A stretch of DNA of 25,063 bases, filler included, from an uncultured virus (IMG/VR IMGVR_UViG_2061766007_000575) (taxonomy: Duplodnaviria > Heunggongvirae > Uroviricota > Caudoviricetes). It is 2 parts of one record of this genome, joined end to end, with 100 filler letters (N's around TTAATTAATTAA, not from the genome) between each part and the next. Parts side by side here need not be neighbours in the genome. Positions count along the whole stretch, not along the records: positions 10,760 to 25,063 come from IMGVR_UViG_2061766007_000575; 1 more part is not named here. One strand, written 5' to 3'. The notes below the pieces were generated by a model. It made no database searches. It was given only the letters and a program-made list of their open reading frames with translations, and was not told the DNA's origin. Every line of letters starts with the position of its first letter. Positions within the stretch are counted from its first letter, which is position 1. The position numbers and the translations under genes were made by a program. Below are positions 11,078-19,796 of the stretch, in pieces.

Positions 11078-11944
11078 ATGGCAATTCAATTAATAAAACA
11101 AAATAGTAAATTTAATATACTACATCAATATTTTTATATAGATGATGTATCTGATTTAGATACAATTGAAGATGAATTTGAGTGTCATATGGGTGATATT
11201 GCAGAATTATCTAATGGAACAAAATACCAAAGACATTCCGATGATTATTTAGGAGAATTATGGGAATATTATCAAGGAGGTAGTTCTGGTAGTTCAGATG
11301 ATGGCTCTAGTGAAGGCGCAGCAGGTGGCTTTGTAATTCAAGCAGTAAATAAAGTAGTTATTAATACTCAAGAAATTACTCCTGAATTTTATGGAAATTC
11401 TTATGAAGGAAAGCCTATTTTAGAAGATCCTCAACCCATTATAAAAGAGGGAGCTTCTTGTAAAGTTACTTTTAATAATGAAGAATATGATATAATCGCA
11501 TCTGAAGTAGATGGAGGTATAATGCTTGGTGAGGCTGATCTAACTGATTTTGCACCTTCTTTTGAAAATTATCCTTTTTTAATATTTATTGGTATAGGTA
11601 ATTCTACTATTATAACAGAAAATGCAAATAGCTATACAATAAAAGTTGAAGGTTTAGTAGAAGAAATCACGCCAAGGAATGAAGCGGCTCTTATTGTTGA
11701 TATTATAGAAGAAGATGATGGAAACTCTACTTATTCTTTAAATAAGACAGCAAGACAAATTATTAATGCCTTACCTGCTGTTTTATTTAAACAAATTAAT
11801 GGAAATATGACAAATTATAGTGTTCTTTATCTTTTTAGTTATAATTCTTTTAATGATACTTGGTCCTTCCAAATAGATGGACAAAATTTTGCAACAGAAG
11901 ATTTAGATGATTATCCAACAACTGGTGGCATAATAACTCAATAA
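11078..11944 (+). CDS. Acidic hypothetical protein; N-terminal domain resembles that of the 9027 gene
   Basis: 288 aa; SD gaggagg; MAIxL..F.(V/I)D..G..A..Y..W followed by a G/S linker in both proteins. Confidence 0.75.
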   Translation: MAIQLIKQNSKFNILHQYFYIDDVSDLDTIEDEFECHMGDIAELSNGTKYQRHSDDYLGELWEYYQGGSSGSSDDGSSEGAAGGFVIQAVNKVVINTQEITPEFYGNSYEGKPILEDPQPIIKEGASCKVTFNNEEYDIIASEVDGGIMLGEADLTDFAPSFENYPFLIFIGIGNSTIITENANSYTIKVEGLVEEITPRNEAALIVDIIEEDDGNSTYSLNKTARQIINALPAVLFKQINGNMTNYSVLYLFSYNSFNDTWSFQIDGQNFATEDLDDYPTTGGIITQ

Positions 11945-11990
11945 AGAGTATTTAAATAATTAATATAATCAGATAAACTAGATTAAAAAT

Positions 11991-12019
11991 TTGATTTTCC
12001 TCCTATTTTTTGTTATAAT
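11991..12019 (+). promoter_or_regulatory. sigma70/sigmaA-like promoter with extended -10
   Basis: TTGATT 11991-11996, 17-nt spacer, TGtTATAAT ending 12019. Confidence 0.8.
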
Positions 12020-12048
12020 AATAATAGAAAATAGGAGGATTATTATAT

Positions 12049-12616
12049 ATGGATAAATATAATTTATATGACAAAATATTAAGTGTTACTTATACTAATA
12101 TAGCAATAGATGCAAATAAAAATAACGGTATATATTTCAATTCTTTTAATAAAAATAATACAGAACATAAAGTTTTTCTAAAAATAGGCTTTATAGTAGC
12201 AAATTTTGAAAATAAAAAAATCTATCTTAATACTAAATATTTTGACTTTTTAAAAATTTTATTTGATAATTATACTATNNNNNNNNNNCAAAAATAATGG
12301 AATATATTTTAATTCTTTTAATAAAAATAATACAGAACATAAGATTTTTCTAAAAATAGGTTTTATAGTAGCAAATTTTGAAAATAAGAAAATATACCTC
12401 AATACTAAATATTTTGACTTTTTAAAAATTTTATTTGATAATTATACTATAAAAGAAATCTTTCTTCGGAAAACCCGACTTCGATTTAGACGACTCCAGC
12501 ATTCACCCTGCACTAATATAGATTTTTTGGCTTCTTTTGAAATAAAAGAATTTAAAGTTAATCCTGATATTTTTGAGGAGATTTGGACAGCATATTATGA
12601 AGATAATAATAATTAA
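12049..12616 (+). CDS. Hypothetical protein (single gene, variant duplicate across a gap)
   Basis: SD aggagg; ORFs 12049 and 12263 share the segment KNNGIYFNSF...LFDNYT. Confidence 0.7.
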
Positions 12617-12928
12617 TGGAATGCCGCAATCTGGTAAATCAACTTTTGTTAATTTTTGTATTAATGAATTAAATTCTTGGGGCAGAGAAATATCTACAGT
12701 TGATTTTGTTAAAAAAATAGCGATAGAATGTGGTTGGGATAAAACAAAAACACCTAAAAATCGTAAATTTTTAAGTGACCTTAAAGATTTATTAACTGAC
12801 TGGGGAGATGTTCCTTTTAAAGAAGTTGAAAAAGATTTAAGAGTTTGGATTTTTAGTTTTGAACAATTTGGAATACCAACAAAAGATTGTTTCTATTTTA
12901 TTCATTGTAGAGAACCAAAAGAAATACA
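12597..12928 (+). CDS. P-loop nucleotide-kinase-like protein, truncated by a gap
   Basis: MKIIIINGMPQSGKSTFV Walker A at the N-terminus; RKFLSDLK and HCREPKEI motifs. Confidence 0.7.
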
Positions 12929-12938
12929 NNNNNNNNNN

Positions 12939-13657
12939 TGCGGGTTATAAAGCTCGCGATGATGAGTTCGCCAATACACTCCGTTCTTTTATTATGCTTG
13001 ATTATGGACTTATCCTTACTTGCCATGTAAAAGAAACTACCGTTGGTACAAAAGATGATGTTGACATAGTTGCTTTGCGCCCAGATCTTGACAAGCGTTG
13101 TTTACCTATAGTAAATAGCCTTGTTGATGTAATTGGTGTAATTCAGCAAACTTGGGATGAAAATGGACAGAGCCAGCGCTGGCTTCTTACAAAAGCTACT
13201 CCAACTATTACTGCTGGTTCTAGGTGGGCGCATCTCGATCCACGAATTCCATTTGGATATAAATATCTTGAAGAAGCTATTATTCGTGCGATTGATGCAG
13301 AAGCGAATGCCGGCGCGACTGTCACATCTGAAAAACCTCAAAAAGAGGAAGTTCGTCCTTTTGAAGAAACAGTTGCGGAAGGTCGTGAACTGTGGAACTC
13401 TTTAATTCAGAAAGACGAAAAAAATGCAGAAAAAATAATGAAGTTTGTAACACAAATTTTTGGTAGACCGATTAAACTTTCAGAGATTACAGAAGATCAG
13501 CAAGANNNNNNNNNNGATTCAAAAAGACGAAAAAAATGCAGAAAAAATAATGAAGTTTGTAACACAGATTTTTGGTAGACCGATTAAACTTTCAGAGATT
13601 ACAGAAGATCAGCAAGATTTGTTTGAATTAACAATTGCTGAAATGAAATCTCTATAA
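12939..13657 (+). CDS. AAA_24/Sak4-like ATPase, C-terminal part
   Basis: Begins AGYKARDDEFANTLRS, identical to the end of the 8598-8918 piece; continues to TAA 13657 across another duplicated gap. Confidence 0.8.
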
Positions 13658-13678
13658 TTAAACACCCCTATAGTTTAG

Positions 13679-13705
13679 AGGAGTAGGTTTTATACCTACT
13701 CCTTT
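13679..13705 (+). terminator. Probable intrinsic terminator
   Basis: 10-bp stem aggagtaggt/acctactcct, 5-nt loop, short T tail. Confidence 0.7.
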
Positions 13706-13709
13706 AAAT

Positions 13710-13738
13710 TTGCATTTTTTTCAAATTTTTGTTATAAT
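13710..13738 (+). promoter_or_regulatory. sigma70/sigmaA-like promoter for the helicase-primase-RecJ operon
   Basis: TTGCAT 13710-13715, 17-nt spacer, TGtTATAAT ending 13738. Confidence 0.78.
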
Positions 13739-13767
13739 ATAATTAGAAAGAAATGGGGTGAAATAAA

Positions 13768-14295
13768 ATGTCACACATTGTTAAATGCCGAGCGTGTGGA
13801 ATTAGATTTGATACTGAAAAAGAGCCTTGGATAATGCCCTCCACTAACTATTATTATCATAGAGGTTGTTATGAGAGATGGGAAAAAAGGCAAGGCGCAC
13901 TTGAAGCTAAAATGTCAGATGATGAATGGTTTGAAGCACTCAAATATTATTTAAACCATGTAGTAAAAGCACCGATTGATTGGAAAAAACTTACATCTCA
14001 ATGGAATAATTTTTTAAAACAAAAAAAGACTGCAAAAGGTATCTATTTTACAATGCGATATACTTATGATATCATGAAAGCCGATAAAGAAAAAAGTCAA
14101 GGCGGAATTGGTATTGTTTCTGTAGCATATCAAGATAGTTGTGCATATTGGGAAGATCGATTTGTTCATGACGCAACTATAATAGATAAGATAGAACAAC
14201 AAGCAAGGGCGCAGTTAGCGCGCAAAGTAACGACAGTCGCGCAGACTAAACAAACAAAACAAAAGAAAAAAGCAGTTTCTCTTGAAGATATTTAA
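13768..14295 (+). CDS. Hypothetical protein with N-terminal Zn-finger (CxxC...HxxC), possible helicase accessory factor
   Basis: VKCRACG...YYHRGC; immediately upstream of the helicase. Confidence 0.7.
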   Translation: MSHIVKCRACGIRFDTEKEPWIMPSTNYYYHRGCYERWEKRQGALEAKMSDDEWFEALKYYLNHVVKAPIDWKKLTSQWNNFLKQKKTAKGIYFTMRYTYDIMKADKEKSQGGIGIVSVAYQDSCAYWEDRFVHDATIIDKIEQQARAQLARKVTTVAQTKQTKQKKKAVSLEDI

Positions 14296-14311
14296 GTAAA
14301 GGAGCTAAAAG

Positions 14312-15901
14312 ATGGCGTTTGTTGATAAGAAATGTATTCAACAAGTCCTTGGATGCCTTCTTAAAAATCCGCAGTATTTAAGTGAAGTAGATAAGTACAG
14401 ATTAACAACAGCCGATTTTCCAAGTCGTTTTGAACGCTACATATTTGGTGCGATTCAAGGGTTGTATTATAATGGCGCGAAGAAAATCTCAGCTTTTGAT
14501 GTTGAAAACTACTTAAATACAAACGAAAGTGCGGCTAAAACTTTCTCCAATAATAATGGAATAGAATATCTTCAAGACATTGAAGAATATTCCAATGAAG
14601 AAAACTTTGAATATTATTATAATAAATTAAAGAAATTAAATTTATTAAATGACTTCCAAAAGCAAGGAATTGATGTTAGTGATTTTTATATTGAAGATTT
14701 AACTGATGTTCGTTCGATGGAAGTCAATCAAGCATTTGAAGACTTAACAATTCAAGATATTGTTTCAAAAATAAAGAAAAAGATTATTAAGTTGGAAAAT
14801 GAGTATTCAAAGTCTGAAGAAGTTGAGAGTTGGACAGCCGCAGACGAAATAGATGAGATTATAGATGGATTTGGAAGTCCAGAAGAAATAGGACTTCCCG
14901 TACAAGGCGAAATTTTTAATAAAATAATAAATGGAGCAGAGCGCGGCGCCTTAACGATTAGAAGCGCGCCGAGTGGAACTTTTAAGACCAGGCAAGCAGT
15001 AGCTGATGCCTGTCTTTTGGCATATCCATTAAGATATGATAGCTCAATAGAACAATGGAAGTTAGAAGGCAATTGTGAGAAGGTTTTGTTTATTATAACA
15101 GAGCAGAAGCTATCGCAGTTATTAAAGATGATTGTTGCATATTTGAGTGATGTAAATGAAGGTAAATTTAAATTTGGTCATTTTACAGCAGAAGAAACTT
15201 TAAGAATTGAGCAAGCAAAAGCAATCATTAAACATTTTAAAGATAATTTTCAAATTATAAGAATGCCGAATCCAACAATTGAGCTAGCGAAAACGATGAT
15301 TAGAGAAAATTGTCTGACGCATGATATTGGATATGTTTTCTTTGATTATATTTTTATCAATCCGATGTTATTAGCTGAATTTAGAGGTTTTAATATTAGA
15401 AATGATGAAGCTTTATTAATGTTTTCAACAGCCTTAAAAGATCTCGCAATTGAATTAAATGTTGCAGTATTTACGTCAACACAGGTCAATGCAAAAATTG
15501 ATGATAATAGAGAAATTAAAAATGAAAGTGTTATTGCCGGTAGCAGAAGTATTATAAATAAGGCAGATAATGCCTGTGTTTGTACAAGACCAACCAGAGA
15601 AGAGCTAGAAGTTTTGGATAAATTGTCAATGAAAAAGCCGAACCTTGTAACAGATATATTTAAAGTTAGAAGTGGTGCATGGACACAAGTTCGTATTTGG
15701 TCTTACTTTGATGGCGGCACAATGAAAAAAGAAGATTTATTTATAACAGATAGTAGATTGGAGCCGATTCAAGATTTTTATGATGAAGAAGAAGTTCAAG
15801 TTATATCTTGGGAAGTACAAGAAAATCAAAAAGAGATTGAAGAATTGGTGAATAAATATAATGATGAGTTAAAGGAGTCGGCGCGGAATGAATTGGCTTG
15901 A
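14312..15901 (+). CDS. dnaB: DnaB-like replicative helicase
   Basis: Walker A-like APSGTFKT, IITEQ, YVFFDYI, LKDLAIELNVAVFTSTQVN, GSRSIINKAD, KVRSG. Confidence 0.88.
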   Translation: MAFVDKKCIQQVLGCLLKNPQYLSEVDKYRLTTADFPSRFERYIFGAIQGLYYNGAKKISAFDVENYLNTNESAAKTFSNNNGIEYLQDIEEYSNEENFEYYYNKLKKLNLLNDFQKQGIDVSDFYIEDLTDVRSMEVNQAFEDLTIQDIVSKIKKKIIKLENEYSKSEEVESWTAADEIDEIIDGFGSPEEIGLPVQGEIFNKIINGAERGALTIRSAPSGTFKTRQAVADACLLAYPLRYDSSIEQWKLEGNCEKVLFIITEQKLSQLLKMIVAYLSDVNEGKFKFGHFTAEETLRIEQAKAIIKHFKDNFQIIRMPNPTIELAKTMIRENCLTHDIGYVFFDYIFINPMLLAEFRGFNIRNDEALLMFSTALKDLAIELNVAVFTSTQVNAKIDDNREIKNESVIAGSRSIINKADNACVCTRPTREELEVLDKLSMKKPNLVTDIFKVRSGAWTQVRIWSYFDGGTMKKEDLFITDSRLEPIQDFYDEEEVQVISWEVQENQKEIEELVNKYNDELKESARNELA

Positions 15902-16931
15902 AGTAATTGACAACTTAACTGAACAAGATATAATTGATTTAATGAGATATTTTGGAGTTACAAATTATAAAATGACTCCAGAAGCTATTATCTTTCCGAC
16001 AATTTGTCATAATGAAGATGCTGATAGTGCTTCTATGAAACTTTATTATTATCGAGATAATCACTTCTTTTATTGTTATACAGAATGCGGCGGTATTAGT
16101 GTTTTTAAATTTATTGAACACGTATATCAAACTCGTGGTATTGAATATGATTGGTATAACGATGTTTATCTTTTATTAACAAAGAAAAAACAAGAAGAAG
16201 GTTTTAAAACTGAAAAAAGAGAACTTCTTGGAGAAAAATATGGACGTAGAAGGCGCGCGACCCATCTAGATACTTATCCAGAAGGTGTTTTAGATGTCTT
16301 TGAAAAAATTTATCCAGCACAATGGTTAGAAGAAGGAATTTCTAAAGAAGCTATGGATAAATTCAACATAAAGTTTTCGATTTCTCAAAATAAAATTATC
16401 ATTCCGCATTATAATGTAGATGGTGAATTAGTTGGAATTAGAGGTCGCGCGCTGAATGCGTGGGAAGTTGAAAATATTGGTAAATATATGCCAGTTCAAA
16501 TTGAACAAAAGTGGTATAAACATCCATTGAGTTTAAATTTATATGGACTAAACAAAACTAAAGTCAATATAATGAAATATGGGATGGTTTTTCTGTTTGA
16601 GGGAGAAAAAAGCGTCCTTAAAATGGAAGGTTTTGAGCGACCGAACTGCGCGGTTGCAGTTTGCGGCAGTTCTATTAATAAATTTCAAATTGATATTTTA
16701 ATTAGGAATTGCGCGCCATCTGAGTTTATAATATGTTTTGATAAAGAAGAAGAAGGTTTAGAAGATAAGTATTTTAATAAGTTAAAAAAATTAGGAGAAA
16801 AGTACCAAAACTATGGGAATTTTTCTTTTATATATGATTTTCATAATAGATTAGACCTAAAAGATTCTCCAGTTGATAAAGGAGAAGAAATTTTTGAGCA
16901 GTTATTAAAAGAGAGAGTGAGGATTAAATAA
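15888..16931 (+). CDS. DNA primase (Zn-binding domain plus TOPRIM)
   Basis: TICHN...CYTECG; IIIPHYNVDGELVGIRGRAL; LYGLN; FEGEKS; ICFD. Confidence 0.87.
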   Translation: MNWLEVIDNLTEQDIIDLMRYFGVTNYKMTPEAIIFPTICHNEDADSASMKLYYYRDNHFFYCYTECGGISVFKFIEHVYQTRGIEYDWYNDVYLLLTKKKQEEGFKTEKRELLGEKYGRRRRATHLDTYPEGVLDVFEKIYPAQWLEEGISKEAMDKFNIKFSISQNKIIIPHYNVDGELVGIRGRALNAWEVENIGKYMPVQIEQKWYKHPLSLNLYGLNKTKVNIMKYGMVFLFEGEKSVLKMEGFERPNCAVAVCGSSINKFQIDILIRNCAPSEFIICFDKEEEGLEDKYFNKLKKLGEKYQNYGNFSFIYDFHNRLDLKDSPVDKGEEIFEQLLKERVRIK

Positions 16932-18649
16932 TGCAATATAAGCTAGTAAATGAAAACTTCAAGAGTGATTATGGGAAGAATCTACTGCGGGCGCGCGGTA
17001 TTACAAATATTAATGATTTTCTAAAACCAACTTCAATTTGTCTTCAAAGTCCAGAATTTTTGGACAATATTCTAAAAGGAACAGAAGTTTTAATAAAGAC
17101 TTTAAAAGAAAATAAACCAATTTTAATTATAGTTGATAGCGATGTTGATGGATATACATCAGCCGCGATCACATATCAATATATTATGACCGCTTTTAGT
17201 TACTTGAATCCAAATGTTCAATATAAGCTCCATAATGGTAAACAGCATGGATTAGAAGACCATATTGAAGAATTAATAAATGAAGATTGGGGATTAATTA
17301 TTTGTCCTGACTCTAGTTCTAATGATAAAGAATACCATGAAAAGCTGAATTGTCCGGTTCTAGTTTTAGACCACCATGAACTCGACCGCGATACGGCGCC
17401 AAACGCTATAATTATAAATAATCAGACTTCCCCTTATTATAATAACAAGGAACTGACTGGCGCTGGAGTCGCATATCAGTTCTGCCGCTATGTAGACTTT
17501 AGTTATACTCATGTCCATTATGCAAAAGACCTTATTGATCTCGCCGCTCTTGGTATTTGTGGCGATATGGGTTCAATGGCACAGATTGAAAATAGATATA
17601 TTTGTTATACTGGATTTAGAAATGTGAAAAATCCTTTCTTTAAAGCAATTCTTGAAAAGCAGTCCTATTCAACTGGTGGAAAGGTTAATCCAATGACAGT
17701 TGCCTTCTATGTTGTTCCAATGATTAATGCTATGATTAGAACAGGGACAATGGAGGAAAAGACAAGACTTTTTGAAGCTTTTATCCATGGAAATGAAATG
17801 ATTCCAAGCGGGAAGAGAGGCGCGAAAGGAACTTTAGAAAAAAGAGCTGTTGAAAGTGTAAGAGAATGTACAAATGCGCGCAGTCATCAAAATAAAATTC
17901 TGGATAAAAATGTTGAGAAGTTTGAGGATAGAATTTATAAATATGGGCTGTTAGATAATAGAATTTTGTTTGTAAGGTTGGAAGATGACGATGATCTACC
18001 TTCAGAATTAAATGGGTTACTTGCAATGAAGTTGGCGGCGAAGTATAAGAAGCCTACAATTGTGGCGCGGCTCAATCCTGAAGGATATGATAGAGGATCA
18101 ATTAGAAATGTAAGTAATTGCGCGCTAACTGATCTTAAAGCCTTTTTAAATGAAAGCGGATATTTTGAATATGTGCAAGGTCATGCTAATGCGGCCGGCT
18201 GCAGCATTTTAGACAAAGATTTAAGAGCTTTTCATGAATATGCTAATGACGCTCTTAGTACAATTGATTTTGGCGAAGGGGTCTATGATGTGAACTTCGT
18301 GAGGGCGGCCGCAGACTCAGATATTGAAGATATTATTTTTGATTTAGCTAATTATGAGGATACTTGGGGACAAGGCAATCCACAAGCTCTTATTTATGTG
18401 AGAGATTTAAACATTACAAAAGATGATTATCAGATTATGGGCAAGAATAAAGATACATTAAAGATTACAAAATTTGGTATTGCTTATATGAAGTTTTTTG
18501 CAAAAGATTTAATTCAGCAATTAGAACAAATGGATAAAATTAAGATAAATTTAGTTGGAAAGCCGAATTTAAATGAATATTGTGGCAATCTTATCCCGCA
18601 AATTTTTATTGAAGCTTATGAATTGGAGGACGATACCTTCGGTTTTTAA
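16931..18649 (+). CDS. recJ: RecJ-like ssDNA exonuclease (DHH/DHHA1)
   Basis: DSDVDG, HGL, LDHH, LTGAGV, RGSIR, GHANAAG. Confidence 0.92.
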   Translation: MQYKLVNENFKSDYGKNLLRARGITNINDFLKPTSICLQSPEFLDNILKGTEVLIKTLKENKPILIIVDSDVDGYTSAAITYQYIMTAFSYLNPNVQYKLHNGKQHGLEDHIEELINEDWGLIICPDSSSNDKEYHEKLNCPVLVLDHHELDRDTAPNAIIINNQTSPYYNNKELTGAGVAYQFCRYVDFSYTHVHYAKDLIDLAALGICGDMGSMAQIENRYICYTGFRNVKNPFFKAILEKQSYSTGGKVNPMTVAFYVVPMINAMIRTGTMEEKTRLFEAFIHGNEMIPSGKRGAKGTLEKRAVESVRECTNARSHQNKILDKNVEKFEDRIYKYGLLDNRILFVRLEDDDDLPSELNGLLAMKLAAKYKKPTIVARLNPEGYDRGSIRNVSNCALTDLKAFLNESGYFEYVQGHANAAGCSILDKDLRAFHEYANDALSTIDFGEGVYDVNFVRAAADSDIEDIIFDLANYEDTWGQGNPQALIYVRDLNITKDDYQIMGKNKDTLKITKFGIAYMKFFAKDLIQQLEQMDKIKINLVGKPNLNEYCGNLIPQIFIEAYELEDDTFGF

Positions 18650-18659
18650 GTTTGCTTAC

Positions 18660-18725
18660 ACAGCGGCCGAGTGTCCTTGCGCAATCAAGGAAGAACCAAA
18701 AAATCATTTGCCTCGGGCGCGCTGT
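18660..18725. other. GC-rich intergenic branched stem-loop of unknown function
   Basis: acagcg/cgctgt and ccgag/ctcgg outer stems; inner tccttg/caagga hairpin. Confidence 0.55.
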
Positions 18726-18731
18726 AGAAGT

Positions 18732-18760
18732 TTGACTTTTCCATAAAATTATGGTATAAT
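18732..18760 (+). promoter_or_regulatory. sigma70/sigmaA-like promoter
   Basis: TTGACT 18732-18737, 17-nt spacer, TGgTATAAT ending 18760. Confidence 0.85.
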
Positions 18761-18781
18761 TATTATATAAGGTAAGAAAAG

Positions 18782-18973
18782 ATGAGGTTAATTGAAGTAT
18801 TAAAAATCTTAGCTGCATATATTTGTGATTGGGACTGCCCGCTTAGTGCAGAACACGATGTAATAATTTTTAACACATATTATGATGATATCCCAAAAGA
18901 TGTATTAGAAACTTTAGATGAATTGGGTTGTTTTTATAGCAATGAATATGATAGTTCAATTATGTTTGTTTAA
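18782..18973 (+). CDS. Small acidic hypothetical protein
   Basis: 63 aa directly after the promoter; SD taaggt. Confidence 0.65.
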   Translation: MRLIEVLKILAAYICDWDCPLSAEHDVIIFNTYYDDIPKDVLETLDELGCFYSNEYDSSIMFV

Positions 18974-19030
18974 AGAAGTTAATAAAATTTGGAAGTTTAC
19001 ATAACTTTGTGGAGAGTTCCAAGATTTTAT

Positions 19031-19044
19031 CTACTTATATATAG
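19031..19044 (+). promoter_or_regulatory. Putative alternative (late?) promoter motif yTACTT-N5-TAG
   Basis: ctactt atata tag, then SD aaggtg and ATG 19056. Confidence 0.55.
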
Positions 19045-19055
19045 AAGGTGATGAA

Positions 19056-19796
19056 ATGATTGGAATTTATAAATACACCAATAAAGAAAATGGTAAAATT
19101 TATATTGGTCGCAGTTTAAATATAGCTAAACGCAAATGGGAACATTTAAAAAATCCATCTCCATATTCTTATTTTGATCAAACATTAGCAGCGATAGGTG
19201 AAGAGGCTTTTAATTTTGAAGTAATTGAAGAATGTACGGCCGAAAAATTAAAAGAAAGAGAAAAGTATTGGATTCAATATTATAATTGTTGTGTATTAGA
19301 TAATAGAAATGGTGGATATAACTTAACTCGTGGTGGTGAAGAATATAAGAGTGAAGAAAATCCGTGGGCACAATTAACTATTAAGCAAGTAGAAGAAATT
19401 ATTGATAAACTTGCTAATACAACTATTTCAATTCAACAATTAGCAAAAGAATATAAAGTACATCCCAATACAATTGGTAATATAAATAGATGTAAAACAT
19501 GGACTTGGTTACATAATTATCAAAGCAATATTAGAGAGAGCGTTCAAGGTAGTTTATATCATGGGGCCTTAAATGGTTGTGCAATAATAACCGAAGAAAT
19601 AGCAAAAAATATTATATATGATATTAAGTACAGTAATGAATCTCTGGCGGCTATTAGTCGAAAATATAAAATAAAAACTAGTTTAGTTTATGATATTAAT
19701 AGGTGCAGAACCTGGAAATATTTACATAATTTTAAGTATAATATTAGAAATGAGTTTAAGAAAGGTGGTGATGCTAATAATGAAGACTATAATTAA
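19056..19796 (+). CDS. Free-standing GIY-YIG homing endonuclease with two HTH-like repeats
   Basis: MIGIYKYTN...IYIGRS...RKWEH, EREKYWI, GYNLTRGG; duplicated INRC(K/R)TW.(W/Y)LHN..NIR units. Confidence 0.9.
   Translation: MIGIYKYTNKENGKIYIGRSLNIAKRKWEHLKNPSPYSYFDQTLAAIGEEAFNFEVIEECTAEKLKEREKYWIQYYNCCVLDNRNGGYNLTRGGEEYKSEENPWAQLTIKQVEEIIDKLANTTISIQQLAKEYKVHPNTIGNINRCKTWTWLHNYQSNIRESVQGSLYHGALNGCAIITEEIAKNIIYDIKYSNESLAAISRKYKIKTSLVYDINRCRTWKYLHNFKYNIRNEFKKGGDANNEDYN

Noticed and set aside
8929..12928. Mobile element inserted into the ATPase gene
   Set aside because: Both borders are 10-N gaps, the ATPase pieces overlap as variants, and there is no integrase or transposase; most likely misplaced contigs.
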